Assembly: GCF_032444005.1 (NCBI RefSeq)
Contig: NC_091285.1
Location: forward strand, 27,156,001 to 27,220,000
DNA: 64,000 nucleotides
DNA from: Ranitomeya imitator
Lineage: Eukaryota
Direction of reading: 5' to 3'
Part shown: piece after piece, positions 1 to 20,349 of the stretch
How positions within the stretch are numbered: the stretch's first letter is position 1
Layout: each line of letters begins with the position of its first letter
Translations under genes and position numbers: made by a program
The notes under the pieces: model-generated
Databases searched by the model: none
What the model was told of the DNA's origin: nothing
What the model saw: only the letters and a program-made list of their open reading frames with translations

Positions 1-350
1 TGCCATTACCAGAGAGCAATACATTAAAGGGGCTCAATTTACCGTGGCACACTTAAAGGGGTTGTTCGGTTACACCGAGGTCTGCACAACATACGGCCCG
101 CCTGTATTCACGGCTTTCAGAGCAGCGCTCGTCAACCCCCGCCCCGACATGTAGAAGCGTGATGAGGTCATCACTCTATGCTGTGACCTCATCACACTGC
201 TGCTGCCGGTGGAACAGCGCAAAGGAGGCAAGGACGCACCGGAAAAAGTAAGTGCTCCAGGAGGAGCTGAAGACTAAACATCCTACTGTAGGGGAAGGGG
301 GAGGAGGATGAGGGCTGCTGTTATTATGAGGCCACATTATGGGGCAACTG

Positions 351-1252
351 GGTGAGAGGAGCTGTGCACGGGGACGTTACGGAGAGGAGCTGTGCGCGGG
401 GACGTTACGGAGAGGAGCTGTGCACGGGGACGTTACGGAGAGGAGCTGTGCACGGGGACGTTACGGAGAGGAGCTGTGCACGGGGACGTTACGGAGAGGA
501 GCTGTGCACGGGGACGTTACGGAGAGGAGCTGTGCACGGGGACGTTACGGAGAGGAGCTGTGCACGGGAACGTTACGGAGAGAAGCTGTGTATGGGGATA
601 TTACAGAGAGGAGCTGTGCACGGGGACGTTACGGAGAGGAGCTGTGCACGGGGACGTTACGGAGAGGAGCTGTGTATGGGGACGTTACGGAGAGAAGCTG
701 TGTATGGTGACATATTACAGAGAGGAGCTGTGTATGGGGACATATTACAGAGAGGAGCGGTGTATGGGGACATTACGGAGAGGAGCTGTGTATGGGGACA
801 TTACGGAGAGGAGCTGTGTATGGGGACATTATGGAGAGGAGCTGTGCATGGGGACATTACGGAGAGGAGCTGTGTATGAGGACATTACGGAGAGGAGCTA
901 TGTATGGGGACATTACGGAGAGGAGCTGTGTATGAGGACATTACGGAGACGAGCTGTGAATGAGGACATTACGGAGAGGAGCTGTGTATGGGGACGTTAC
1001 GGAGAGAAGCTGTGTATGGTGACATATTACAGAGAGGAGCTGTGTATGGGGACATATTACAGAGAGGAGCGGTGTATGGGGACATTACGGAGAGGAGCTG
1101 TGTATGGGGACATTACGGAGAGGAGCTGTGTATGGGGACATTATGGAGAGGAGCTGTGCATGGGGACATTACGGAGAGGAGCTGTGTATGAGGACATATT
1201 ACAGAGAGGAGTTGTGCATGGGGACATTATGGAGAGGAGCTGTGTATAGGGA
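351..1252. repeat. 28-bp minisatellite (ggggacgttacggagaggagctgtgcac), about 30 copies
   Basis: Direct reading of the periodicity; the overlapping ORFs repeat every 28 aa (3 units). Confidence 0.97.
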
Positions 1253-1304
1253 CACTACAATCAACTCAGAAATCATGTAAATGATATTGCATCAAGAATC
1301 AAGG

Positions 1305-2290
1305 GGTAACCCCTTCACCCGGTGGCCAAATTCCGTTTTTGCGTTTCCGTTTTTTCCTTCCTTACTTCCCAGAGCCATAACTCTTATTTTTCTGTCCACA
1401 TAGACATATGAGCGCTTGTGTTTTGCAGCACGAGTTGCTCTTTTGAATGACACCACTCATTTTACCTCATTACCTACCTTAAAATGGGAAAAAAAATTCC
1501 AAATCCATGCAGAAATTGTGAAAAAAACGCAGTTCTGACATTGTGTTTGAGGAATTGTTTTTACACTGTACATTTTGTGATAAAAATTACACTGCAATAC
1601 GATTCTGTACGGTTACGGCAACACGTCCTGTTTTTAGTGGTGAAAACAAAATCAGACGTTTCCAAAGATAACTTTTTTGAGTTGTTGCTATTTTCTGAGA
1701 CCCGTAACATGTTTTATTCTTTGGTACAGCTGTAGGATGGTTTAGTTTTTGCATAGCGAGATGATGTTTTTATTAATAATCAAAAAAACCTTCATTTTGG
1801 TGTTCTTGAATTTTTTTCCATTTATGCTGTTTAAAGATCCGAGTTAATTATTATTATTAGATTTTTTCTAATGCGGCGCTGGCACGTTTGTGTATTGTTT
1901 AAATATCTTTAATGGGGAAAAAATTAGATTTTTTTTAAACTTTTCACTGTTCTTGTTAGTCCCCTTAAGGGGACTTAGCCAAGTTCGTCTGTTCGCTTGT
2001 GCGACTTACAAAAATACCGCAATATTGCTGCATATAGTAAGAATCCTGAGCAGCTTTGAAGACCGGCCACATGCTGGGAGGGCGGATGACGCGCCCCATG
2101 TGATGACGCGCCCCATGTGATGACGCGTGTTAAATTCCGCTGTCAGAGTTTGACAGCGGCATTAACAGGTTAACAATCGCGGGCAGAGCTCCGATCCACC
2201 TGCGATTGTTAGAGGCAGGTCACACAGCCATGATCTGCCAGGTATGGGGCAACTCCGTCCGCCCGCTCCATACACCCCGCTTCTGATTTA
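1305..2290. mobile_element. Fragment of an abundant non-autonomous DNA transposon (aacccctt-ended family); related fragments at about 23024-24050, 33290-33740 and 36760-37300
   Basis: Shared motifs are agagccataact (reverse complement agttatggctct at 37231), gtgagggcttg and aaaattccaa..gaaattg. No transposase ORF is present. Confidence 0.55.
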
Positions 2291-2311
2291 GCCCGTACAT
2301 GTGAAGGGGAA

Positions 2312-2499
2312 AAAGAGTAACCGTCGTTTTCATTTCATAAATCAACACTACACGAGAAAATAAACAACTTTGTAATATATCTTATCAGAGAAATCTGCTT
2401 ATTTATCCTCCTGTTTAGATCTTTCACGTTTGATTCACGGATAAAATCTGCATTCAGTGAAAACAGATTTCCCCATTACTGAGATAAGAGATGACAGTT
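2312..2499. mobile_element. Single arm of the same MITE family as 20350-22388, running directly into the 31-bp array
   Basis: aaagagtaacc..tttcataaatcaa..aactttgtaatatatcttatcagagaaatctgcttattt..gacagttgg aligns by eye to the reverse complement of 22170-22388. Confidence 0.8.
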
Positions 2500-5407
2500 G
2501 GAGCTAGAGGCAGACACAGACATTCTAGGGAGGAGCTAGAGGAGACACAGACATTCTAGGGAGGAGCTAGAGGAGACACAGACATTCTAGGGAGGAGCTA
2601 GAGGAGACACAGACATTCTAGGGAGGAGCTAGAGGAGACACAGACATTCTAGGGAGGAGCTAGAGGAGACAGACATTCTAGAGAGGAGCTAGAGGAGACA
2701 CAGACATTCTAGGGAGGAGCTAGAGGAGACACAGACATTCTAGGGAGGAGCTAGAGGAGACACAGACATTCTAGGGAGGAGCTAGAGGAGACACAGACAT
2801 TCTAGGGAGGAGCTAGAGGAGACACAGACATTCTAGGGAGGAGCTAGAGGAGACACAGACATTCTAGGGAGGAGCTAGAGGCAGTACAGACATTCTAGGG
2901 AGGAGCTAGAGGCAGTCACAGACATTCTAGGGAGGAGCTAGAGGCAGACACAGACATTCTAGGGAGGAGCTAGAGGAGACACAGACATTCTAGGGAGGAG
3001 CTAGAGGAGACACAGACATTCTAGGGAGGAGCTAGAGGAGACACAGACATTCTAGAGAGGAGCTAGAGGAGACACAGACATTCTAGAGAGGAGCTAGAGG
3101 AGACACAGACATTCTAGGGAGGAGCTAGAGGAGACACAGACATTCTAGGGAGGAGCTAGAGGAGACACAGACATTCTAGGGAGGAGCTAGAGGAGACACA
3201 GACATTCTAGGGAGGAGCTAGAGGAGACACAGACATTCTAGGGAGGAGCTAGAGGCAGTCACAGACATTCTAGGGAGGAGCTAGAGGCAGACACAGACAT
3301 TCTAGGGAGGAGCTAGAGGCAGACACAGACATTCTAGGGAGGAGCTAGAGGCAGACACAGACATTCTAGGGAGGAGCTAGAGGCAGACACAGACATTCTA
3401 GGGAGGAGCTAGAGGAGACAGACATTCTAGAGAGGAGCTAGAGGAGACACAGACATTTTAGGGAGGAGCTAGAGGAGACACAGACATTCTAGAGAGGAGC
3501 TAGAGGAGACACAGACATTCTAGGTAGGAGCTAGAGGAGACACAGACATTCTAGGGAGGAGCTAGAGGAGACACAGACATTCTAGGGAGGAGCTAGAGGA
3601 GACACAGACATTCTAGGGAGGAGCTAGAGGAGACACAGACATTCTAGGGAGGAGCTAGAGGCAGTCACAGACATTCTAGGGAGAAGCTAGAGGCAGACAC
3701 AGACATTCTAGGGAGGAGCTAGAGGCAGACACAGACATTCTAGGGAGGAGCTAGAGGCAGACACAGACATTCTAGGGAGGAGCTAGAGGCAGACACAGAC
3801 ATTCTAGGGAGGAGCTAGAGGCAGACACAGACATTCTAGGGAGGAGCTAGAGGAGACACAGACATTCTAGAGAGGAGCTAGAGGAGACACAGACATTCTA
3901 GGGAGGAGCTAGAGGAGAGACAGACATTCTAGGGAGGAGCTAGAGGAGACACAGACATTCTAGGGAGGAGCTAGAGGAGACACAGACATTCTAGGGAGGA
4001 GCTAGAGGAGACACAGACATTCTAGAGAGGAGCTAGAGGCAGACACAGACATTCTAGGGAGGAGCTAGAGGCAGACAGACATTCTAGGGAGGAGCTAGAG
4101 GCAGACACATACATTCTAGGGAGGAGCTAGAGGCAGACACAGACATTCTAGGGAGGAGCTAGAGGCAGACACAGACATTCTAGGGAGGAGCTAGAGGCAG
4201 ACACAGACATTCTAGGGAGGAGCTAGAGACGGACACAGACATTCTAGGGAGGAGCTAGAGGCGGACACAGACATTCTAGGGAGGAACTAGAGGCAGACAC
4301 AGACATTGTAGGGAGGAGCTAGAGACAGACACAGACATTCTAGGGAGGAGCTAGAGGCGGACACAGACATTCTAGGGAGGAGCTAGAGGCAGACACTGAC
4401 ATTGTAGGGAGGAGCTAGAAACAGACACAGACATTCTAGGGAGGAGCTAGAGGCAGACACAGACATTCTAGGGAGGAGCTAGAGGCAGACACAGACATTC
4501 TAGGGAGGAGCTAGAGGCAGACACAGACATTCTAGGGAGGAGCTAGAGGCAGACACAGACATTCTAGGGAGGAGCTAGAGGCAGACACAGACATTCTAGG
4601 GAGGAGCTAGAGGCAGACACAGACATTCTAGGGAGGAGCTAGAGGCAGACAGACATTCTAGGGAGGAGCTAGAGGCAGACACAGACATTCTAGGGAGGAG
4701 CTAGAGGAAGACGGACATTCTAGGGAGGAGCTAGAGGAAGACAGACATTCTAGGGAGCAGGTAGAGGCAGACAGACATTCTAGGGAGGAGCTAGAGGCAG
4801 ACAGGCATTCTAGGGAGGAGCTAGAGGCAGACACAGGCATTCTAGGGAGGAGCTAGAGGCAGACAGACATTCTAGGGAGGAGCTAGAGGCAGACAGACAT
4901 TCTAGGGAGGAGCTAGAGGCAGACAGACATTCTAGGGAGGAGCTAGAGGTAGACACAGACATTCTAGGGAGGAGCTAGAGGCAGACACAGACATTCTAGG
5001 GAGGAGCTAGAGGCAGACACAGACATTCTAGGGAGGAGCTAGAGGCAGACACAGACATTCTAGGGAGGAGCTAGAGGTAGACACAGACATTCTAGGGAGG
5101 AGCTAGAGGCAGACAGACATTCTAGGGAGGAGCTAGAGGCAGACACAGACATTCTAGGGAGGAGCTAGAGGCAGACACAGACATTCTAGGGAGGAGCTAG
5201 AGGCAAACACAGACATTCTAGGGAGGAGCAAGAGGCAGACACAGACATTCTAGGGAGGAGCTAGAGGCAGACAGACATTCTAGGGAGGAGCTACAGGCAG
5301 ACACAGACATTCTAGGGAGGAGCTAGAGGCAGACACAGACATTCTAGGGAGGAGCTAGAGGCAAACACAGACATTCTAGGGAGGAGCTAGAGGCAGACAG
5401 ACATTCT
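2500..5407. repeat. 31-bp minisatellite (cattctagggaggagctagagg[a/c]agacacaga), about 93 copies
   Basis: cattctag recurs at 2521 and 2552 and onward; 29-bp variants lack one ac. Confidence 0.98.
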
Positions 5408-5565
5408 ACTGCTAGTTGTCCTGAAATGACAGTTATGTTTTTAAACTCTAACTGTGATTTCAGGAGAACTTGCAGCAGTCCGTCTCCAGCTCGTTCCTTG
5501 CACCCCATCCCAGGAATGTCACCTCAAATCCTCTACTAAATGTGATTTGCAGCACCGTCACTCAC

Positions 5566-6464
5566 CTCGCCATGAGCTTCCAAGAACTTATTTTTATTCC
5601 GATGTACAGTGTCTATCACCTTTGTTAGAATCTGTGGCATTCGGTCTTTAACTGTGTAATAAGCAAAAGACCTAAAAAATAAAACAATATACCATATATT
5701 AAAAATAGGAGTATTATGTGCATTGACCATTTATTGTCCCAACGTGCTAGAAAAAGAAGCTCATGCCAGAGGAACTGGCTGGCCCGTGTTGTAAATGGAA
5801 TGCCCACTGATTTTAATTGCAGAGTAATATTTAAAGGGGTTGTCCAGGCTTGTGACTGAAATCTTACAGTGCGCTCTCAGGATTCTCCACTATGTGATTT
5901 GCTTGCTTCCGGCCATATTCCAACTAGACGTGTTGGGCCGTGCACGGCTAGTTGGAACGTGACCGCATATATGCGCCATCACCGAAGAATCCAGACAGTG
6001 CAAACTGTGCACGCTGTGAGGATTCACAAGTCTGCAGTCACGGATATAGAAGTCCAAGCCTGGACAACCCCTTTAATTTTTGCTGTGATGGCCCTGCGGG
6101 GAAATTGAACACTTGACAGGTTCCCCCAGAGCTGATCACTAGTGGTTCCTACAGAACAGAAACAAAATCCCCTGATTGTAAGCACGTGGCTGCAATTTTT
6201 TCCCTTAAAACCAATTGAGGGGGTATTTTTACATGGCTGCCAATAATATTAGATTAACTGCTCCTTTAATAAAAAGTAGCAATATTTCTGAAATTGTGGT
6301 TTCAGGATCAGTCAGATGAGTCTCAAGGGGTTTTGCAATTTCCTGAAAGTTGATGACAGGGAACGACATTGCCCTGATACACCACGGATTGCGCAAGTTG
6401 TCTGCAGGATCGCCGAGGACACACACCCTTCAAATTTGGCGGAGAGCGAGCAGGGAGTCTCCAT
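5566..6464 (-). CDS. ARMT1: ARMT1 (damage-control phosphatase / acidic residue methyltransferase 1, DUF89 family), 5' part; coding exons 6464-6427 and 5671-5566; later exons lie left of the window
   Basis: The spliced - strand translation METPCSLSAKFEG|SFAYYTVKDRMPQILTKVIDTVHRNKNKFLEAHGE matches the recalled ARMT1 N-terminus (human ...PASLSGQDVGSFAYLTIKDRIPQILTKVIDTLHRHK...). The phase-2 GT donor at 6426 joins the ttttttag acceptor before 5671; a GTGAGT donor follows at 5565. The head-to-head position with RMND1 matches human. Confidence 0.95.
5831..6076. mobile_element. T2/Kolobok-type MITE with TTAA ends
   Basis: Perfect 21-bp inverted termini ttaaaggggttgtccaggctt ... aagcctggacaacccctttaa. 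A related internal sequence (attccaactagac...ctagttgg) recurs at about 19510-19710. Confidence 0.9.
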
Positions 6465-6651
6465 CTTGTTGGTTTACTGGGCGTATCGTCTGGGCAAGAA
6501 GAAACACGAAGTTAACAGAACGTTTGTGAGATTGTGAACAGAACCGCCACGAAGAGAAACACAGACGTTCCTGCAACACTGTGACATTACTACATGCAGC
6601 ACACTGAGGAGGAAAAGGGTGGGATTGTGCAAGCCACAGGATGGAGACAGA

Positions 6652-9600
6652 GTGCCCCCATACAGTCCTTACACACAGTGCCCCCATACAGTCCTTACAC
6701 ACAGTGCCCCCATACAGTCCTTACACACAGTGCCCCCATATACAGTCCTTACACACAGCGCCCCCATACAGTCCTTACAGAGCGCCCCCATACAGTCCTT
6801 ACAGAGCGCCCCCATAGTCCTTACACGCAGCGCCCCCATACAGTCCTTACACGCAGCGCCCCCATACAGTCCTTACACGCAGCGCCCCCATACAGTCCTT
6901 ACACGCAGCGCCCCATACAGTCCTTACACGCAGCGCCCCCATACAGTCCTTACACGCAGCGCCCCCATACAGTCCTTACACGCAGCGCCCCCATACAGTC
7001 CTTACACGCAGCGCCCCCATACAGTCCTTACACGCAGCGCCCCCATACAGTCCTTACACGCAGCGCCCCCATACAGTCCTTACACGCAGCGCCCCCATAC
7101 AGTCCTTACACGCAGCGCCCCCATACAGTCCTTACACGCAGCGCCCCCATACAGTCCTTACACGCAGCGCCCCCATACAGTCCTTACACGCAGCGCCCCC
7201 ATACAGTCCTTACACGCAGCGCCCCCATACAGTCCTTACACACAGTGCCCCCATACAGTCCTTACAGAGTGCCCCCATACAGTCCTTACACATAGTGCCC
7301 CCATACAGTCCTTACACACAGTGCCCCCATACAGTCCTTACACACAGTGCCCCCATACAGTCCTTACACACAGTGCCTCCATACAGTCCTTACACACAGT
7401 GCTCCCATACATAGTCCTTACACACAGTGCCCCCATACAGTCCTTGCACACAGTGCCCCCATACAGTCCTTGCACACAGTGCCCCCATACATAGTCCTTA
7501 CACACAGTGCCCCCATACAGTCCTTACACACAGTGCCCCCATACAGTCCTTGCACACAGTGCCCCCATACATAGTCCTTACACACAGTGCTCCCATACAG
7601 TCCTTACACAGTGCCCCCATACAGTCCTTGCACACAGTGCTCCCATACAGTCCTTACACACAGTGCCCCCATACAGTCCTTACACAATGCCCCCATAGTC
7701 CTTACACAGTGCCCCCATACAGTCCTTACACACAGTGCCCCCATACAGTCCTTACACACAGTGCCCCCATACAGTCCTTACACACAGTGCCCCATACAGT
7801 CCTTACACACAGTGCCCCCATACAGTCCTTACACACAGTGCCCCCATACAGTCCTTACACACAGTGCCCCCATACAGTCCTTACACACAGTGCCCCATAC
7901 AGTCCTTACACACAGTGCCCCCATACAGTCCTTACACACAGTGCTCCCATATAGTCCTTACAGAGTGCCCCCACAGTCCTTACACAGTGCTCCAATAATA
8001 ATAATAATCTTTATTTATATAGCGCCAACATATTCCGCAGCGCTTTAGTTTAACACCCTTACACAGCGCTCCCATATACAGTCCTTACACACAGTGCCCC
8101 CATAGAGTCCTTACACACAGTGCCCCCAGTCCTTACACACAGTGCCCCCATACAGTCCTTACAGAGTGCCCCCATACTGTCCTTACACAGCGCTTCCATA
8201 TACAGTGCCCCCATACAGTCCTTACACACACAGCGCTCCCATATAAAGTCCTTACACAGTGCCCCATACAGTCCTTACACAGAGCGCCCCCATACAGTCC
8301 TTACACAGAGTGCCCCCATACAGTCCGTACACACAGTGCCCCCATACAGTCCTTACACACAGTGCCCCATACAGTCCTTACACACAGTGCCCCCATACAG
8401 TCCTTACACACAGTGCCCCCATACAGTCCTTACACACAGTGCCCCCATACAGTCCTTACACACAGTGCCCCCATACAGTCCTTACACACAGTGCCCCCAT
8501 ATACAGTGCTTATACACAGTGCCCCCATACAGTCCTTACACACAGTGCCCCCATACAGTCCTTACACACAGTGCCCCATACAGTCCTTACACACAGTGCC
8601 CCCATACACAGTGCTTATACACAGTGCCCCCATACAGTCCTTACACACAGTGCCCCCATACAGTCCTTACACACAGTGCCCCCATACACAGTCCTTACAC
8701 ACAGTGCCCCCATAGTCCTTACACACGGCGCCCCCATACACAGTCCTTACACACGGCGCCCCCATAGTCCTTACACACAGTGCCCCCATACAGTCCTTAC
8801 ACACAGTGCCCCCATACACAGTGCTTATACACAGTGCCCCCATACAGTCCTTACACACAGTGCCCCCATACAGTCCTTACACACAGTGCTCCATACAGTC
8901 CTTACACACAGTGCCCCCATACAGTCCTTACACACAGTGCCCCATACAGTCCCTACACACAGTGCCTCCATACAGTCCTTACACACCGTGCCCCCATACA
9001 CAGTCCTTACACACAGTGCCCCCATACACAGTCCTTACACACAGTGCCCCCATAGTCCTTACACACGGCGCCCCCATACACAGTCCTTACACACGGCGCC
9101 CCCATAGTCCTTACACACAGTGCCCCCATACAGTCCTTACACACAGTGCCCCCATACACAGTGCTTATACACAGTGCCCCCATACAGTCCTTACACACAG
9201 TGCCCCCATACAGTCCTTACACACAGTGCCCCCATACAGTCCTTACACACAGTGCTCCATACAGTCCTTACACACAGTGCCCCATACAGTCCCTACACAC
9301 AGTGCCTCCATACAGTCCTTACACACCGTGCCCCCATACACAGTCCTTACACACAGTGCCCCCATAGTCCTTACACACAGTGCCCCATACAGTCCTTACA
9401 CACAGTGCCCCCATATACAGTCCTTACACAGTGCCCCATATACCGTCCTTACACACAGTGCCCCCATACAGTCCTTACACACAGTGCCCCCATATACAGT
9501 GCTTATACACAGTGCCCCCATACAGTCCTTACACACAGTGCCCCCATACAGTCCTTACACAGTGCCCCCATACAGTCCTTACACACAGTGCCCCCATATA

Positions 9601-10105
9601 CAGTGCTTATACACAGTGCCCCCATACAGTCCTTACACACAGTGCCCCCATACAGTCCTTACACACAATGCCCCCATAGTCCTTACACACAGTGCCCCAT
9701 ATAGTCCTTACACACAGTGCCCCATATAGTCCTTACACACAGTGCCCCCATACAGTCCTTACACACAGTGCCCCCATACAGTCCTTACACACAGTGCCCC
9801 ATATAGTCCTTACACACAGTGCCCCATATAGTCCTTACACACAGCGCCCCCATACAGTCCTTACACACAGTGCCCCATATAGTCCTTACACACAGTGCCC
9901 CCATACAGTCCTTACACACAGTGCCCCATATAGTCCTTACACACAGTGCCCCATATAGTCCTTACACACAGTGCCCCCATACAGTCCTTACACACAGTGC
10001 CCCATATAGTCCTTACACACAGTGCCCCATATAGTCCTTACACACAGTGCCCCCATACAGTCCTTATACACAGTGCCCCCATACAGTCCTTACACACAGT
10101 GCTCC
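6652..10105. repeat. 26-bp minisatellite (cagtgcccccatacagtccttacaca), about 130 copies, interrupted at 7994-8047
   Basis: Period is 26 (cagtcctt at 6663 and 6689). It fills most of the putative ARMT1 5'-UTR intron. Confidence 0.98.
7994..8047 (-). mobile_element. Severely 5'-truncated 3' end of a SINE/L2-type retroelement with (TTA)n tail
   Basis: aataataataataatctttatttatatagcgccaacatattccgcagcgcttta is nearly identical to the tail of the longer copy at 56796-57003. Confidence 0.8.
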
Positions 10106-10166
10106 AGTCACAGTGTACAGACAGAGTACAGTGAGGCGCCGTCATACATATCCCTCCGCGGCTCAC

Positions 10167-10260
10167 ACTCCCGTCTCCTCCGGCTCAGCAGACACTCCAG
10201 CAGCTGCAGGTGCCGGCGCTCATATCTAGCCTCCTCTCCTCTCCCGCACATTCGCGGATC
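10167..10260 (-). other. ARMT1: Putative non-coding first exon of ARMT1 (5' boundary uncertain)
   Basis: The ARMT1 ATG exon is preceded on the - strand by an acceptor (ttcgtgtttcttcttgcccag|, exon start 6489), so an upstream exon is expected. The best donor in the CpG-rich unique DNA is GAGT|GTGAGC at 10166. Confidence 0.5.
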
Positions 10261-10500
10261 TTACTGTAGTCACTGCTATAATGTTTACACCTCTCCGGAC
10301 CCTCAAAAAACATAGATCAAAATAAAAATGTACTCAATTACTTTTCTTTCTAAAATTTGAAGGGAAGGTTGTACTAAGTATCTGAAATCATCGAATCTGC
10401 CGCCGCCAATAGCAAGACTCGGCAACAAGAGGGAGGCGCCAAAGCCAACAGGAGTGAACGCTGGAGGGCGGGGCTTTGTGTCAGTCAGTGGGCGGGGTCT
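10260..10500. promoter_or_regulatory. Bidirectional ARMT1/RMND1 promoter region
   Basis: It lies between two divergent putative first exons and is CpG-enriched. There is a CCAAT box near 10405 and two GC boxes (gggcgggg) near 10466 and 10490. Confidence 0.65.
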
Positions 10501-10511
10501 CCCTCGTGCAG
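10450..10511 (+). other. RMND1: Putative non-coding first exon of RMND1 (5' boundary uncertain)
   Basis: A consensus donor CAG|GTAAGT lies at 10512 in CpG-rich DNA. The ATG exon begins at an acceptor (tttttttccag|, 11403) 14 nt before the ATG. Confidence 0.65.
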
Positions 10512-11416
10512 GTAAGTGCTGCGTCTCCTCGGGCGGTGAAGGTCGCAGGTTCGATTCCCCTCTGTGCGGCGCTAGGAGCGGGATATTTTACCTCTGCCCT
10601 TATAGCCTGCAAACGAAGCAGATGATGAATTTATGGCGGAATCTCATTGGTCTTGAGCCCACAGGAGCACAAGGTCTTTTAAAAGTGAAATCATCAACCA
10701 TGATGACACCCCCTTGAAGACTTAAAAATGTGGGTTTTTTTAAGCTCTTTTCTTCCATGCAATTTTTTTTAGGGACCACCTATGAGTTACTGTCCTCTAT
10801 TAACCCTAAACACTGAGAATAAGCCACGTAAACCATCATAACCAGTCAATTATGGCCATATCCCCCCCCGGAAAGGGGTCCTGTCATAGATCGACTTGTA
10901 TAACATCTATAATAGCACTAAAACCATCGTATAATGGAATATTCTGCAGCATTTTGGAACCTGGGGCGTAGAAGGGAGAGCAAAAAGAAAATGACGGCAC
11001 TGTCGGATCTGACACCAATGTCTCCGGACTGACCCCATCGACTATAATGGATAAGTCATTTAATGCTACATGCCATTGACTACAGAGTCCGCAGCTTGAT
11101 TGACAGCCCCTATGTTGGCTTGGCAATGAAGCTGTCAGTCAAGCAGGAGAAGGCGGCACAGGGTAGGGAATAGAGCTGGAGTGACAGAGGCTTCAGATCT
11201 ACCATAGCTCTTCAGCCTCATTTGCATATTAATTCAAACGGATTTCTCAGTAACGGAGGAACAGAAAGAGCTATATGTGCTTATTAATAGTTTTGGGGGT
11301 GAAATTCCCATAGACTTCCATGGAATGACAGCGCCGTCAAGGCTCATGGGTGTCCAGCTTTATGCCCTACTCTTTTTTTTTTACTCTTTTTTTTTTTTCC
11401 AGGTCAGAGACATACC

Positions 11417-20003
<8,587 letters not shown>

Positions 20004-20349
20004 CCAACAAACTGTGACAATGAAATCAAAGGGCGACCATGTGATTCACGTTATGTCGGGGAGAGTTGCCCCCCCCATATGGCATTATACAGGCGCTGCT
20101 GCCCCTTTAAGAGCGCCGTGACAGCGACAGAATATCTGACTACTGACTGAAAGAAATCATGTTGTCCAGCAGTCAAATTAAATCTATTGTTCCCTGTTAT
20201 CAGCCCATATTTTACATTGGGACCATAAACTACCTCACATAAAGCTGCTTACTGTAATATGCAGATTATCGGATTTCCCAGGATGGAAAAAAAGTGATTA
20301 ATAGCGATGTGGTTCGGCTTATACGCTCCAAGTTAAAGCATATGGATTT

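Noticed and set aside
158-253. Short inverted repeat and GTAAGT donor-like site at 248
   Set aside because: It follows a ttaaaggggttgtt MITE end, has no matching acceptor or recognisable peptide, and is antisense to ARMT1.
339-1249. Long repetitive ORFs in several frames
   Set aside because: They are translations of the 28-bp minisatellite, with the same peptide cycling through all frames, and lie within an ARMT1 intron.
6594-10315. Pro/His/Thr-rich ORFs up to 307 aa
   Set aside because: Artefacts of the 26-bp array.
10548-10558. Pol III B-box-like GGTTCGATTCC
   Set aside because: The T-stem does not pair, and there is no A-box or cloverleaf, so it is not a tRNA.
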